From positions 28,954,001-29,018,000 of the forward strand of contig OZ260667.1 in NCBI GenBank assembly GCA_965285935.1: a DNA stretch of 64,000 nt, in the 5' to 3' direction. The DNA is from Ophelia neglecta (lineage: Eukaryota). Positions 40,391-51,056 of the stretch are shown one piece after another. Every line of letters begins with the position of its first letter. Positions within the stretch are counted from its first letter, which is position 1. The notes under the pieces are model-generated. The model was given only the letters and a program-made list of their open reading frames with translations. It made no database searches and had not been told where the DNA came from. The position numbers and the translations under genes were made by a program.

Positions 40391-43220
40391 CGCTGAGGAT
40401 TGCATTGTTTTCTACCTCCTGATGTAGATCGGTATTCTGCCATTTCACCACCTCTAGAACTCTCATACACACGGCCTCTTCGGGGGCCGGTGTCGCGTCC
40501 TCTAAGGGGTATCTAAGGAAATTCAGCTTTTGGAACATGACAAATTTTAATGATTCGATTTCTGCAGAGCTCAGGTTTCCAAAGATCGATTCGACAAACT
40601 GCCGAGGTATGCAAGCCCAGAAATCAAGAACTGTGTACTCGGTGACGTTTTTGTTCATTCGTCTAAGCATCGCATCAGAACCACTGTTAAGATAGATATC
40701 GGCGTAATCTATTTCTTTTCCTTCGTCCTTATAAGACAAGGCAGTTGCATCATCGTCATTGAAGACGTCTCCACCCAGTGCTCCGAGTATGTTGGCCAAT
40801 GGGTTTGGTTTTCCTCCTCCATCGCTGCCCCCGCCGCCACCAAGTGCTCCGAGTATGCTGGCCAATGGGTTTGGTTTTCCTCCTCCATCACCACCTCCGC
40901 CGCCACCCAGTGCTCCGAGTATGCTGGCCAATGGGTTTGGTTTTCCTCCTCCATCGCCGCCTCCGCCGCCACCAAGTGCTCCGAGTATGCTGGCCAATGG
41001 GTTTGGTTTCCCTCCTCCACCACCACCTCCGCCGCCACCCAGTGCTCCGAGTATGCTGGCCAATGGGTTTGGTTTTCCTTCTCCATCGCCGCCTCCGCCG
41101 CCATCAAGTGCTCCGAGTATGCTGGCCAATGGGTTTGGTTTTCCTCCTCCATCGCCGCCTCCGCCGCCAACCAGTGCTCCGAGTATGCTGGCCAATGGGT
41201 TTGGTTTTCCTCCTCCATCACCACCTCCGCCGCCACCCAGTGCTCCGAGTATGCTGGCCAATGGGTTTGGTTTTCCTCCTCCATCGCCGCCTCCGCCGCC
41301 ACCCAGTGCTCCGAGTATGCTGGCCAATGGGTTTGGTTTTCCTTCTCCATCGCCGCCTCCGCCGCCATCAAGTGCTCCCAGTATGCTGGCCAAAGGGTTT
41401 GGTTTTCCTCCTCCATCGCCGCCTCCGCCGCCACCCAGTGCTCCGAGTATGCTGGCCAATGGGTTTGGTTTTCCTCCTCCATCGCCGCCTCCGCCGCCAC
41501 CAAGTGCTCCGAGTATGCTGGCCAATGGGTTTGGTTTCCCTCCTGCATTACCACCTCCGCCGCCATCAAGTGCTCCGAGTATGCTGGCCAATGGGTTTGG
41601 TTTTCCTCCACCATCACCACCTCCGCCGCCACCCAGTGCTCCGAGTATGCTGGCCAATGGGTCTGGTTTTCCTCCTGCATCGCCGCCTCCGCCGCCACCA
41701 AGTGCTCCGAGTATGCTGGCCAATGGGTTTGGTTTTCCTCCTCCATCGCCGCCTCCGCCGCCACCAAGTGCTCCGAGTATGCTGGCCAATGGGTTTGGTT
41801 TCCCTCCTGCATTACCACCTCCGCCGCCATCAAGTGCTCCGAGTATGCTGGCCAATGGGTTTGGTTTTCCTCCACCATCACCACCTCCGCCGGCACCCAG
41901 TGCTCCGAGTATGCTGGCCAATGGGTTTGGTTTCCCTCCTGCACCACCACCTCCGCCGCCATCAAGTGCTCCGAGTATGCTGGCCAATGGGTTTGGTTTT
42001 CCTCCACCATCACCACCTCCGGCGCCACCCAGTGCTCCGAGTATGCTGGCCAATGGGTCTGGTTTTCCTCCTGCATCGCCGCCTCCGCCGCCACCAAGTG
42101 CTCCGAGTATGCTGGCCAATGGGTTTGGTTTCCCTCCTGCACCACCACCTCCGCTGCCGTCAAGTGCTCCGAGTATGCTGGCCAATGGGTTTGGTTTTCC
42201 TCCTCCATCGCCGCCTCCGCCGCCACCAAGTGCTCCGAGTATGCTGGCCAATGGGTTTGGTTTCCCTCCTGCACCACCACCTCCGCCGCCATCAAGTGCT
42301 CCGAGTATGCTGGCCAATGGGTTTGGTTTTCCTCCACCATCACCACCTCCGCCGCCACCCAGTGCTCCGAGTATGCTGGCCAATGGGTCTGGTTTTCCTC
42401 CTGCATCGCCGCCTCCGCCGCCACCCAGTGCTCCGAGTATGTTGGCCAATGGGTTTGGTTTTCCTCCTCCATCGCCGCCTGCGCCGCCACCCAGTGCTCC
42501 GAGTATGCTGGCCAATGGGTTTGGTTTCCCTCCTGCACCACCACCTCCGCTGCCGTCAAGTGCTCCGAGTATGCTGGCCAATGGGTTTGGTTTTCCTGCT
42601 CCATCGCCGCCTCCGCCGCCACCAAGTGCTCCGAGTATGCTGGCCAATGAGTTTGGTTTTCCTCCACCATCACCACCTCCGCCGCCACCCAGTGCTCCGA
42701 GTATGCTGGCCAATGGGTTTGGTTTTCCTCCTGCACCACCACCTCCGCCGCCACCCAGTGCTCCGAGTATGCTGGCCAATGGGTTTGGTTTTCCTCCTCC
42801 ATCGCCGCCTCCGCCGCCACCAAGTGCTCCGAGTATGCTGGCCAATGGGTTTGGTTTTCCTCCTGCACCACCACCTCCGCCGCCACCCAGTGCTCCGAGT
42901 ATGCTGGCCAATGGGTTTGGTTTTCCTCCTCCATCGCCGCCTCCACCCCCATCCAGTGCTCCGAGTATGCTGGCCAATGGGTTTGGTTCTACTTCTGCCT
43001 CACCGCTTCCTCCATCGCCGCCTCCGCCGCCACCCAGGTCCCCGAGAATACTGGCCAATGGGTTTGGTTCCTTCTCACTGCTGTCGCCGTCACTTCTCGA
43101 TGCATTCTGTAAACCGGGGAGAGGGTTGTCTTCAAGATTACTATTATGTTCATTATTCCCAGGTTTCACTTGTTCGGGTGGATTCTCATTAACCTCAGTA
43201 TTGTTTAGCACAGGCCATGA
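40391..43220 (-). CDS. Gene B exon 2 (2830 nt): short acidic N-terminus, 35 x 22-aa Gly-rich repeat, first part of the C-terminal domain
   Basis: Acceptor tttttgtttaattattatag|TCA TGG CCT. Corresponds to ORF 40377..43211. Donor AGC G|GTAGGT at 40391, phase 1. The frame stays open ~125 codons beyond the repeat, and many unit variants are synonymous in this frame (CTG/CTT, GGC/GGT, GGA/GGG). Confidence 0.92.
40770..43070 (-). repeat. Coding minisatellite, 66-bp unit, 35 copies (first copy divergent, last truncated)
   Basis: Plus-strand unit approximately AGTGCTCCGAGTATGCTGGCCAATGGGTTTGGTTTTCCTCCTCCATCGCCGCCTCCGCCGCCACCC. 35 P(N/D)(P/S)LA(S/N)ILG motifs counted in the translation. Confidence 0.97.
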
Positions 43221-43386
43221 CTATAATAATTAAACAAAAACAACAAATAGTGAACATGTTCTATTTATATTGTAGTCGTTGTTTTACATCTTGTGAATTC
43301 AATAGTAGTCGTAGCTAATTTTCTTATTATTCAATAACAATGCTCAATGTCCAAAAGAAAAATACCAGGAAAATAAATTGACTCAC

Positions 43387-43461
43387 CGATGATTCCTTAA
43401 CAAAGCATAGAACCAATCCGATTAGTATTGTGGTTAAAAGTGGGGCCTTTTTCTGACGCAT
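43387..43461 (-). CDS. Gene B coding exon 1: signal peptide MRQKKAPLLTTILIGLVLCFVKESS
   Basis: ATG at 43461. Basic n-region, hydrophobic h-region and polar c-region. Donor TCG|GTGAGT, 75 nt, phase 0, matching the phase-0 acceptor at 43220. Too short for the ORF track. Confidence 0.9.
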
Positions 43462-45428
43462 ATTGTTGCTATGTAAAGCTAATTATGTTAAAACCCATCA
43501 GCACTTAGAACTAGTAGGAATGAAGAAGAGACTTATACTGGGTATAAACACGAAACATAATTCAAGAACCATTTTGGTGCACATTCGCAAACTTTCTTAG
43601 AATATGTTCAGACTATCGTGTGATTCGATTGGTGGTCTAAGTAGACCTGTATATCTTGGTGAGTTTTCTTCATGTCCACAATCGATGTCATTGAATTATA
43701 TTTTTCCAATTACCGTAATTGCTGGTATTGAATTTCACTATCTTGGAAATTGATGCTTTTGAAATTGATCCCCCCCCCCCCAATGGCTTACAGAAGGGCA
43801 ATGCATACATAGATTTTTTTGTGTGTGTAGACAGATAATGCTCTAGCAAGTCGATAATTTGACGAATGTTATGACTAGAACTAAATTCATTCGTCCTAAA
43901 TGGAATGCGTACTACACATTTAATATTCAAGATGAAAAAGTAGTATGCATGCTGCTTTTGAATAAATGTGCACCGAAAATAAAGCTAAACTAATAAATGC
44001 GACGGTAGTAAATGCTCTTTTCTCAGGCCAATGAAATGTGTGAGGAATGGATTGAAAACTTTCCCATGGAATGGGTTTTGTCGTAATTATTATACCAACA
44101 TTCATTAGATTATTTTATATCAAAATTGTACATTGTTGCCATTACGCCAGTCTGGGTTTTCAGAGGTCATCCTGCCTTCCGAAGATATCAACCACATGCT
44201 TCCTTTTTCTCAAAAGAAAAACTTCTTTGAGATGTTTGTCTTCTTCTCATATCTTATGATTTCTGGGTGGGTTTGGTGAGGAGATGGGGGGGGGGGTGCT
44301 CCTAGAAGTTAAGAAGTCATGTCTATGCTCCGTAAGGGGACTGGGATAAATATACTCCTTTACTTGAAACGCTTTCCGATATTCTGGTGTGAGGAAACTA
44401 TGTAAGCTATTCTCTCACTGAATTTTGCCATGAAGACCATATTAAGCTAGCTTGAATCAAACTTCTCCCTCTTACCAAAAGTTTTAATTTTAACCGTCAT
44501 CTCTTCAACAATATAAATGAGCTATTTTTTTTTTAGAATACTGTTGAGATAACCAATGAGTCTCTTGCCAACTTGGCCTGCTTATGAATACATCAGCGCC
44601 ATCCTATCAGCCTTTCTCGCATAAAAAAAATCAAGTTATCCCGTACTGGTAACACTATAGTACCTAATAAATAGGCCTAATGATATTTAATATTTGTACA
44701 TTTAAAATGTCGTCGGCCAAACTTGCCACACAACGCAGACTGTACATGCTTATATCTTCTAAGAGTTTGAAAAGTACTTCATAATTCGAATATATGATGG
44801 TTTGTTATAATTCAATTTATTTTAAAATTAACAAATGACTTAGAAGTCGGACTGACTTAAACACAGGTACATGTATAAGACTAGGAGTTATAAACTATAA
44901 ACGGCAATGTCATTGCTCCTTACAACACTCAAGTTCACGAATTTCATCACTTCAATTTTATTTAAATGCCAATTGTTGTAATAGACGGATGTGATGCTTA
45001 TTTCAAGTAACATGCCTATGTACATTTAATAAATAACTGGTCAAACATTAATTATAAAAGAACTTCGACGGTATAATACAGCAATGAAATACGATATAAT
45101 GTACATAGTTATTCTATTTACATATTAGAGTCAATTTATATATTTTACCATATCAATTTACTAAGTAACATATTCACAATGCTCGTGCACCTATATAACA
45201 CCAATACAGTTTGAGCACTTTACATAATATAATAGTTTTAATCCTCATCGAGGCTGCCTGCATTGTTTTCCCATGTGAGGTTGCTCTGAAGAGCGTTCAT
45301 TCCAAATTGAATCTTTCAACTTCGTGGCTGGAGAACACTTGTCACACGATGGGATTTTCTGCAGGGCACATGACTTTCTTCTCAGAACTACTATTCGAAA
45401 TATTTGAGCAGCATTTCGATGTGTGCTT

Positions 45429-45547
45429 CTATGCAATGAGTAGCGAAACTACAAACAGGAGATCCAGCATGAACGTGAAATATTCAAAGCGTAAACTACT
45501 TCCTCTGCTGCTGCCTATTACACCAGAGGCTTCCGGTTTTGAATTAG
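45429..45547 (-). CDS. Gene C terminal exon: (T)NSKPEASGVIGSSRGSSLRFEYFTFMLDLLFVVSLLIA*, GPI-anchor-signal-like tail
   Basis: Acceptor actttctatttacag| in phase 1. Small-residue S/G cluster, spacer and terminal hydrophobic run ending at TAG with no cytoplasmic tail. Confidence 0.82.
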
Positions 45548-45733
45548 CTGTAAATAGAAAGTGCGGAAAGTTCGTAAGGAAATTGGAAATCAATAAAATA
45601 TGCTTTAGTTGTAACAATACTATATACATGAATATTTAACTGAAACTCCCTCACTTGTATAATGAAATAGTGTTCCGTAACATTGAACTTATTTCCTGGA
45701 AAAGGTATAAGTGGTGAGTATAAGCCCACTTAC

Positions 45734-45966
45734 TGTTTACATATGGAGGTGGTCCTTTCACCGTGGGATCGTGTATGAATCTAAAGCTTATCCAAGAGGG
45801 CGACGGAGTAGCTATTTTTTCATTTGCTGAAAAGTACTTGACTATGGCCGTCGGGCTGAGTGAGTTGTAGATAAATGTATTGCTCCTCTTTGTTAGTTTG
45901 TCAGCACATATCTTCTCAATTTGTTTCTCGCCGTCAAAGATCTCAATGTATTCCAAACATAGAGGG
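45734..45966 (-). CDS. Gene C: CUB3 C-half PLCLEYIEIFDGEKQIEKICA... plus Pro-rich stalk
   Basis: Acceptor tttatatttttcag| and donor AACA|GTAAGT. 233 nt, phase 2 to 1. Matches ORF 45651..45956. Confidence 0.88.
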
Positions 45967-46511
45967 CTGAAAAATATAAACTTGAGAAATGCTTAATAGG
46001 TCTTCATTATTCTTGCTGCGACTTTTGACCAATTTGATAAAACCAGGCTGGCTTCCTTAATTGTTCACTATATAAAATGCCCGTCTTGCGCTGTGAGTTA
46101 CGAACACTTCGGAGCAAACACAGTACTTACATAAGGGCTACGTGATTAAAAAGCGTTAAACCCGGTATTCCTGAACTACTTATGAGCCGAGGATGTCGAA
46201 GGAGGTTACCAGCATGTGATTTTTATTGGGCTCACCAATTTTCTGGCTTGTCTAATTTTCCATAGGCCTTTTTGCCTTATTCAACGTCCAATACTAAGGC
46301 TTATACATGTATCTCAAATACTCAGTGTTCAACCTGATTAATTTTACATCACGTTGGCTGAATATTATCTTTGGAAAAATTCAATACATGTAGTAAAGAC
46401 AAGCATAGCGACCGTACCACAGCAGTCACTGCCACTGCCATGCTTCTTTTGTGTTGTTCTACATGTGAAGAACTTTACCAACCTAAACCACTTGTCTAAA
46501 GAAAAACTTAC

Positions 46512-46713
46512 TCCAGTTCAGTGACCACAACCTCCAGTTCAATCTTTTCATTATATTTTCCTTCAAATCTGTATTCACAGCTGGTTTCGTTCTTTATCCG
46601 ATGATCGGGCGTGTGAACGTCGCCTTCCTTTTCGTCCATTTCGTCCAATTTCGCTGACGTAATTGTCCAATCACATAAAGTGTCAGCTGCCAGGTCACCA
46701 CCATCGTACTCGT
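46512..46713 (-). CDS. Gene C: CUB3 N-half ...TLCDWTITS...GDVHTPDH...TSCEYRFEGKYNEKIELEV
   Basis: Acceptor ggtttttag| and donor GGA|GTAAGT. 202 nt, phase 1 to 2, open. CUB Cys1/Cys2 pattern present. Confidence 0.88.
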
Positions 46714-46888
46714 CTAAAAACCGTACTTGTCTATTTCAAATAATATTATGGGTGACCATACTTCAATCTTGATGAAGGAATGATCATGTAAAGCTACACA
46801 TGTCATGTTACTACTTAATTCCGAGAAAAAAGTGCTACACAATTTACGTTACCCTCATTGCACGTAAAGTAATGGTAAACTCACGTAC

Positions 46889-47088
46889 TTCTCCACCGGG
46901 ATGTCGCCTGCAGATCAAATCCACTGTAATCCCAGGGGGGTCCCCCGGGTCCGGACTCGAAGATCAGTAGTAAGGAGGAGCCGCTGGATACTAGGTGGGC
47001 GCCGTCCAGGCCGCAGAAACGACCAATCAGGGGACTGAGGGTGGACATCCCGTCATAGACTGCTACGTAATCCTCACTACAGTTGGTG
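46889..47088 (-). CDS. Gene C: CUB2 C-half TNCSEDYVAVYDGMSTLSPLIGRFCG...SSGSSLLLIFES...SGFDL
   Basis: Classic CUB CxxDYVxVYDG...GRFCG...GF pattern (ORF 46881..47099). Acceptor ttggccaaaag|. In-frame donor AGAA|GTACGT, 200 nt, phase 2 to 1. Confidence 0.92.
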
Positions 47089-47191
47089 CTTTTGGCCAAA
47101 TAAAGTGAAATTGATGCATTTAATACAATATGGACAAGAGACCTGCCCTTATGAATAAGGCTACGTTGAGGGATAACACAAGAATTAGTAC

Positions 47192-47375
47192 CTTCTCTTT
47201 AAATCAAATTTTCCTGTAAATCCTTTCCCTCCCATTCTCAATTCCACGCGGTCATCGTCAAGATTAGTCAGCAAGTAGCGACATTTAGTGTTTGGTGGGT
47301 AAATACCCGGATATCCGGGCGACTGGACATCGCACCACCCTAAGCAGGTGTCGATGGGTATGAGCCAGTCACATT
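47192..47375 (-). CDS. Gene C: CUB2 N-half (E)CDWLIPIDTCLGWCDVQSPGYPGIYPPNTKCRYLL...
   Basis: Acceptor gttcttcaacag| and donor AAG|GTACTA. 184 nt, phase 1 to 2. Hallmark CUB motif SPGYPxxYPPNxxCxY. Confidence 0.92.
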
Positions 47376-50143
47376 CTGTTGAAGAACATAATTACTCCTA
47401 TTATTTACACATATCTTAACAACATGGCTGGACATCAACGAAGCCAACTAACAAAAATGTCACTAGTAACGGGTGTTCGTTTAAAACATAGGCCCTGAAG
47501 CATACGGGTAAACAGCATTGTCTATATATTTGGGGCTCTTGTATATATAGCTAAGCATCCTGCTCATTATCTGAATAGATGTGGACAAGACTGCAGAATT
47601 TGAATGCTGTAGCCTCCCCTGTATACCTACTTGTGTTTCCTATTTTACCATCCTTTCTCTGTAAGTTACCGTATGGTAATTTATCATCGGCCTCTGAAAA
47701 TAGAGGAAATTCAGAGATATATTTAATAGTCAGAGAAAGAAATTGTTTAGCAGTTTTAGGAAGACAGCTATTTTCTTCACCTAACAGTTGTAATGAACCC
47801 AGCAGATGATCCTTCGGCTTCTCTGTAATAATATCCATTACAAATGCTTAAACATTTACTGTTGTCTGATTGAAGAAGTGTCTTGAAGGAAACATTTATA
47901 GATCATTATTTATGCTTTGCGCAAGAAATTCGGTTTGATGAAGGAAACTGACTGCTATAAGAAATAAACCAAACATAAAGAAAAGTAATAAAAACCATTT
48001 GGTCAGACCAAGATACAACTATTTACTTAACTTTATCGTTTGCATGAGAGTTATCTTATTTAAGGAAGCAAAAATAAAGTAGAACGAAAAATGGCAACAA
48101 TGTTGTCACCTTTGCATAGACTTCCATCAAGCAACTGATTTGAGAAGGCCTACCTACGTTTCCGCTTGACAAAAATGACATAATTATTTCTTAAATAACT
48201 TAATTTAGGTGGAATTCAGGCTCCGATTTGAAATTGACTATATCACGCCTGTACTAAAATGTTCTCATTGATAGATGGTGGGTTTTGATATATAAATCAT
48301 TTACAACACGACATATACTAGAATAGGCCCATTGGTACCAGAAACAAATCACAGGGCTTCACATTTTTAGACCTCACATCATATAACTTGGAACCTATTT
48401 TCAATCTGGCAAAGCGCGGTGGAGGACGTTCAACTAGACCCGTCGGCAGCGCCCCTCGTGGTGCGGCCAGCAACGTACCTTTGTAACTTTTACCCTTTGC
48501 CTTCAGTTCCGGATTTCAGTTCCGAATCCGGAACAAGTATGGTGCAACGTACCGGAAACAAAGGCAATTAGAAACTTGATTTAATTGGCGCATTGAATTA
48601 AGCTCACATACATCGCACAAACGTTTTAGTCTTTAATAAACAAGTCCATAATTAATAATGGGAGGTTTTTGCTTAAAAAATGCAGTACATGAAATATTCT
48701 GTGGATCAAAGTCATTGAAAGGAAATGACCCCAAATGTTTTACAAACCCTTTGAATGAGACACCTCTCTCAAAATATACAAAATTAATGCATGCAATATT
48801 ATAATGAACTAAAGTGTGTTTGTGAACATGGGAATTCACTGCAGATATTAGCAACCGTTCACGGACTTTCCGGGTTCCGGAAATTGATACGAACTTCACA
48901 GTGCGATACCAGTACTGCGCGACAATGTAGGAGAAGCCTTGAATTACGGGTTCTGTTACAGGGAAAGCATGATGAATCTAGGAAAGTTTTTCAAACAGAA
49001 AATGTTAATCGCAATAAAGGCACCATCATAATCACTCCCATGATCCTCTCCCTCGGTATCCGGGAGAGCGGCCATTTTAAAAACAATTCGCACAATAAAG
49101 AGTGGCCATATATCTCGCAATGACCTGCGAGATTATACAGACACACATATGATATTCCATAATCTCATGTCTTACTGTTAAAAGATAATACGAGTACATT
49201 TATGATCTGCCATATATGCTTCTTTTAAATATTCCATGGGGTCACGTGCTACTGAGAGAACCTCGCTACTAGTACTGGTTATTAGGTTATCTTCCGTATG
49301 GCTACATTTTAATATCTGTAGGTAACACATTGGCATAGAAGTTATGTGTCTCTAAAAATATTTGTATCCTTGAGGTAAACTCGGATCTCGGCGTTTCCGT
49401 GATTATTTCGCTCTTTCTGTACTCCCAACATGGCGGCGCCCAGTAAAACTGGATAGCACGATTTTTGAGTTGGTTGTGTATTGATTCACCTCAATGTATT
49501 TCTTAGACTCTAACGTGTTTGTACATTCATATTTGGACTAACTGGCGAATATATAACAATATTAATGTGAACCTACAGACAGAATTCACTGACTGTGATT
49601 GAGTTTAAAACATTGACCTCTTGACCACATATTTCAGCGTGTGAACTAGGCTAATACATTGTAAAATTGTACTTTCGGTTATAGCGTGGCAACCCTAAAA
49701 TTTCTACCGACTTAACGCTTAATTGACCGACCATTGCCAGAGGCTCAACCATGCATCTATTCTCGCCATATCGCCATAGCAGCCAGTATAAAATACAGCC
49801 AGAATAATGCATTCTTCTGAATATTGTATAGTTATTTCCTAAATTTCTACATACACCAGTCATATGAAGCAATTATCGTCACTGTTCGATATAAATTAAT
49901 GATCAATATACACTTTATTATATAGCGTGATCACTAAACTATTTAAAGAACCCAATAAAAATAGATTGGTGTTATGGCAAGCATTAATTATGCAAGACTT
50001 TTAGTAAATATCTCTTTTTGCCAGCATAGAACCATGCACAAATCCTATTTTTCAAAACCATTGATCAATAAGCAATTCCACGACTATACAATTCATTTTC
50101 AATCTATATATCAACTCAAATGTGCTGCGCAAAAAATACGTAC

Positions 50144-50167
50144 CAGATGAATTGCTGGTGTCAGCAT
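50144..50167 (-). CDS. Gene C: 24-nt microexon (D)ADTSNSS, CUB1-CUB2 linker
   Basis: ~40-nt polypyrimidine tract, then cacaaag|ATGCTGACACCAGCAATTCATCTG|gtacgt. Phase 1-1, no stop. Confidence 0.7.
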
Positions 50168-50844
50168 CTTTGTGAGGCGTGAGCAAAGAGACGTGAGAGA
50201 AAGAATGAAATAAAAAAAATGTCGTAATTATCGCATGCCTACCGATGTGTTTAAATGTTGCTTACATTCACAGTGTGCCGAGCCAGCTTCACTGATCACA
50301 GCACCAACGAGATACACACTGAATACTTCAATCAACACACAAATCAACGAATACACAATGGTAAAACAGGAACATTTGAAAGAGAAGGTTAAGCAGGGAA
50401 ATACAATATGTTAGACTCAGAAATGAAAAAAAAACAGATAAAAATTATTAATTTTAAACTGCATTGAAATGTTTCTTTCAACGAGTCTTTTCAATGCAAG
50501 TTTAAAATAAATGCCGCTTGTGACCTTTCTCTTTAGGTCAACCATAAGCCACAGGAGAAAGCTACACCTAAGCATAATGCCACCCAGTGAATCACATGTA
50601 TTCATCTGGAAAATGATTGAAATGAATAAAATCCTCTAACTAACGTTAGGTGCGAATAGAATTACGAGCACAGTAAATAATTCTGAAGGCTTTTGATACA
50701 AAGGAGGTCTAATCGAGGATGAATGCTCTCTGCTAACCTCCATCCTTAACTCAACCCTAAATTAATATATTTCATGTTGCTCAACTTAAACAGTAGGTCT
50801 AAGTTAAATGGGCGGTCCCAACACGGAAAGGCCAATTACAGTAC

Positions 50845-51056
50845 CTGCGTTCAAGAAAGTGACGTCAAACTCGTAGCCCAATGAGGACCTTGCGTTGTCC
50901 AATTTGAATTCTACGAAGGCTTTGGGATGTTTGGTTAGTCTTTTAACTCTGACCTGGCCGTCTGAGTACGTTCCACACAGGGTGGTGGGCGGAAGCCAGT
51001 CTGGTTCTGTACTACACGACTCTTTATCCGATATCCGTAGATAGCCATCATCACAC
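50845..51056 (-). CDS. Gene C: CUB1 C-half CDDGYLRISD...TLCGTYSDG...AFVEFKLD...YEFDVTFLNA
   Basis: Acceptor tctgaactttctag| and donor GCAG|GTACTG. 212 nt, phase 2 to 1, open. Contains CUB-like CxxGYL and LCG motifs. Confidence 0.88.

Noticed and set aside
40709-42952. Minus-strand alternative-frame 747-aa ORF (EENQTHWPAYSEHW repeats)
   Set aside because: Confined to the array and out of frame with the signal-peptide exon. Changes that are silent in the Gly frame are radical here (W/L), so it is unlikely to be the selected frame.
40770-43070. Repeat array as a CRISPR array or a neuropeptide/antimicrobial-peptide precursor
   Set aside because: There are no unique spacers or cas genes and the DNA is eukaryotic. 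Units are separated by a single Lys followed by Pro, which convertases do not normally cleave, so release of repeated peptides is unsupported.
40759-43233. Plus-strand 824-aa Pro-rich ORF and 804-aa His/Arg-rich ORF over the repeat
   Set aside because: They are antisense shadows of a stop-free 66-bp repeat. They barely extend beyond the array, have no signal peptide or supporting splice structure, and start at non-ATG codons.
43220-45734. Possible fusion of the CUB gene to the Gly-repeat exon by alternative splicing
   Set aside because: The CUB3 donor is phase 1 but the 43220 acceptor is phase 0, and splicing to 43468 hits a stop within ~12 codons. Gene B has its own ATG and signal peptide.
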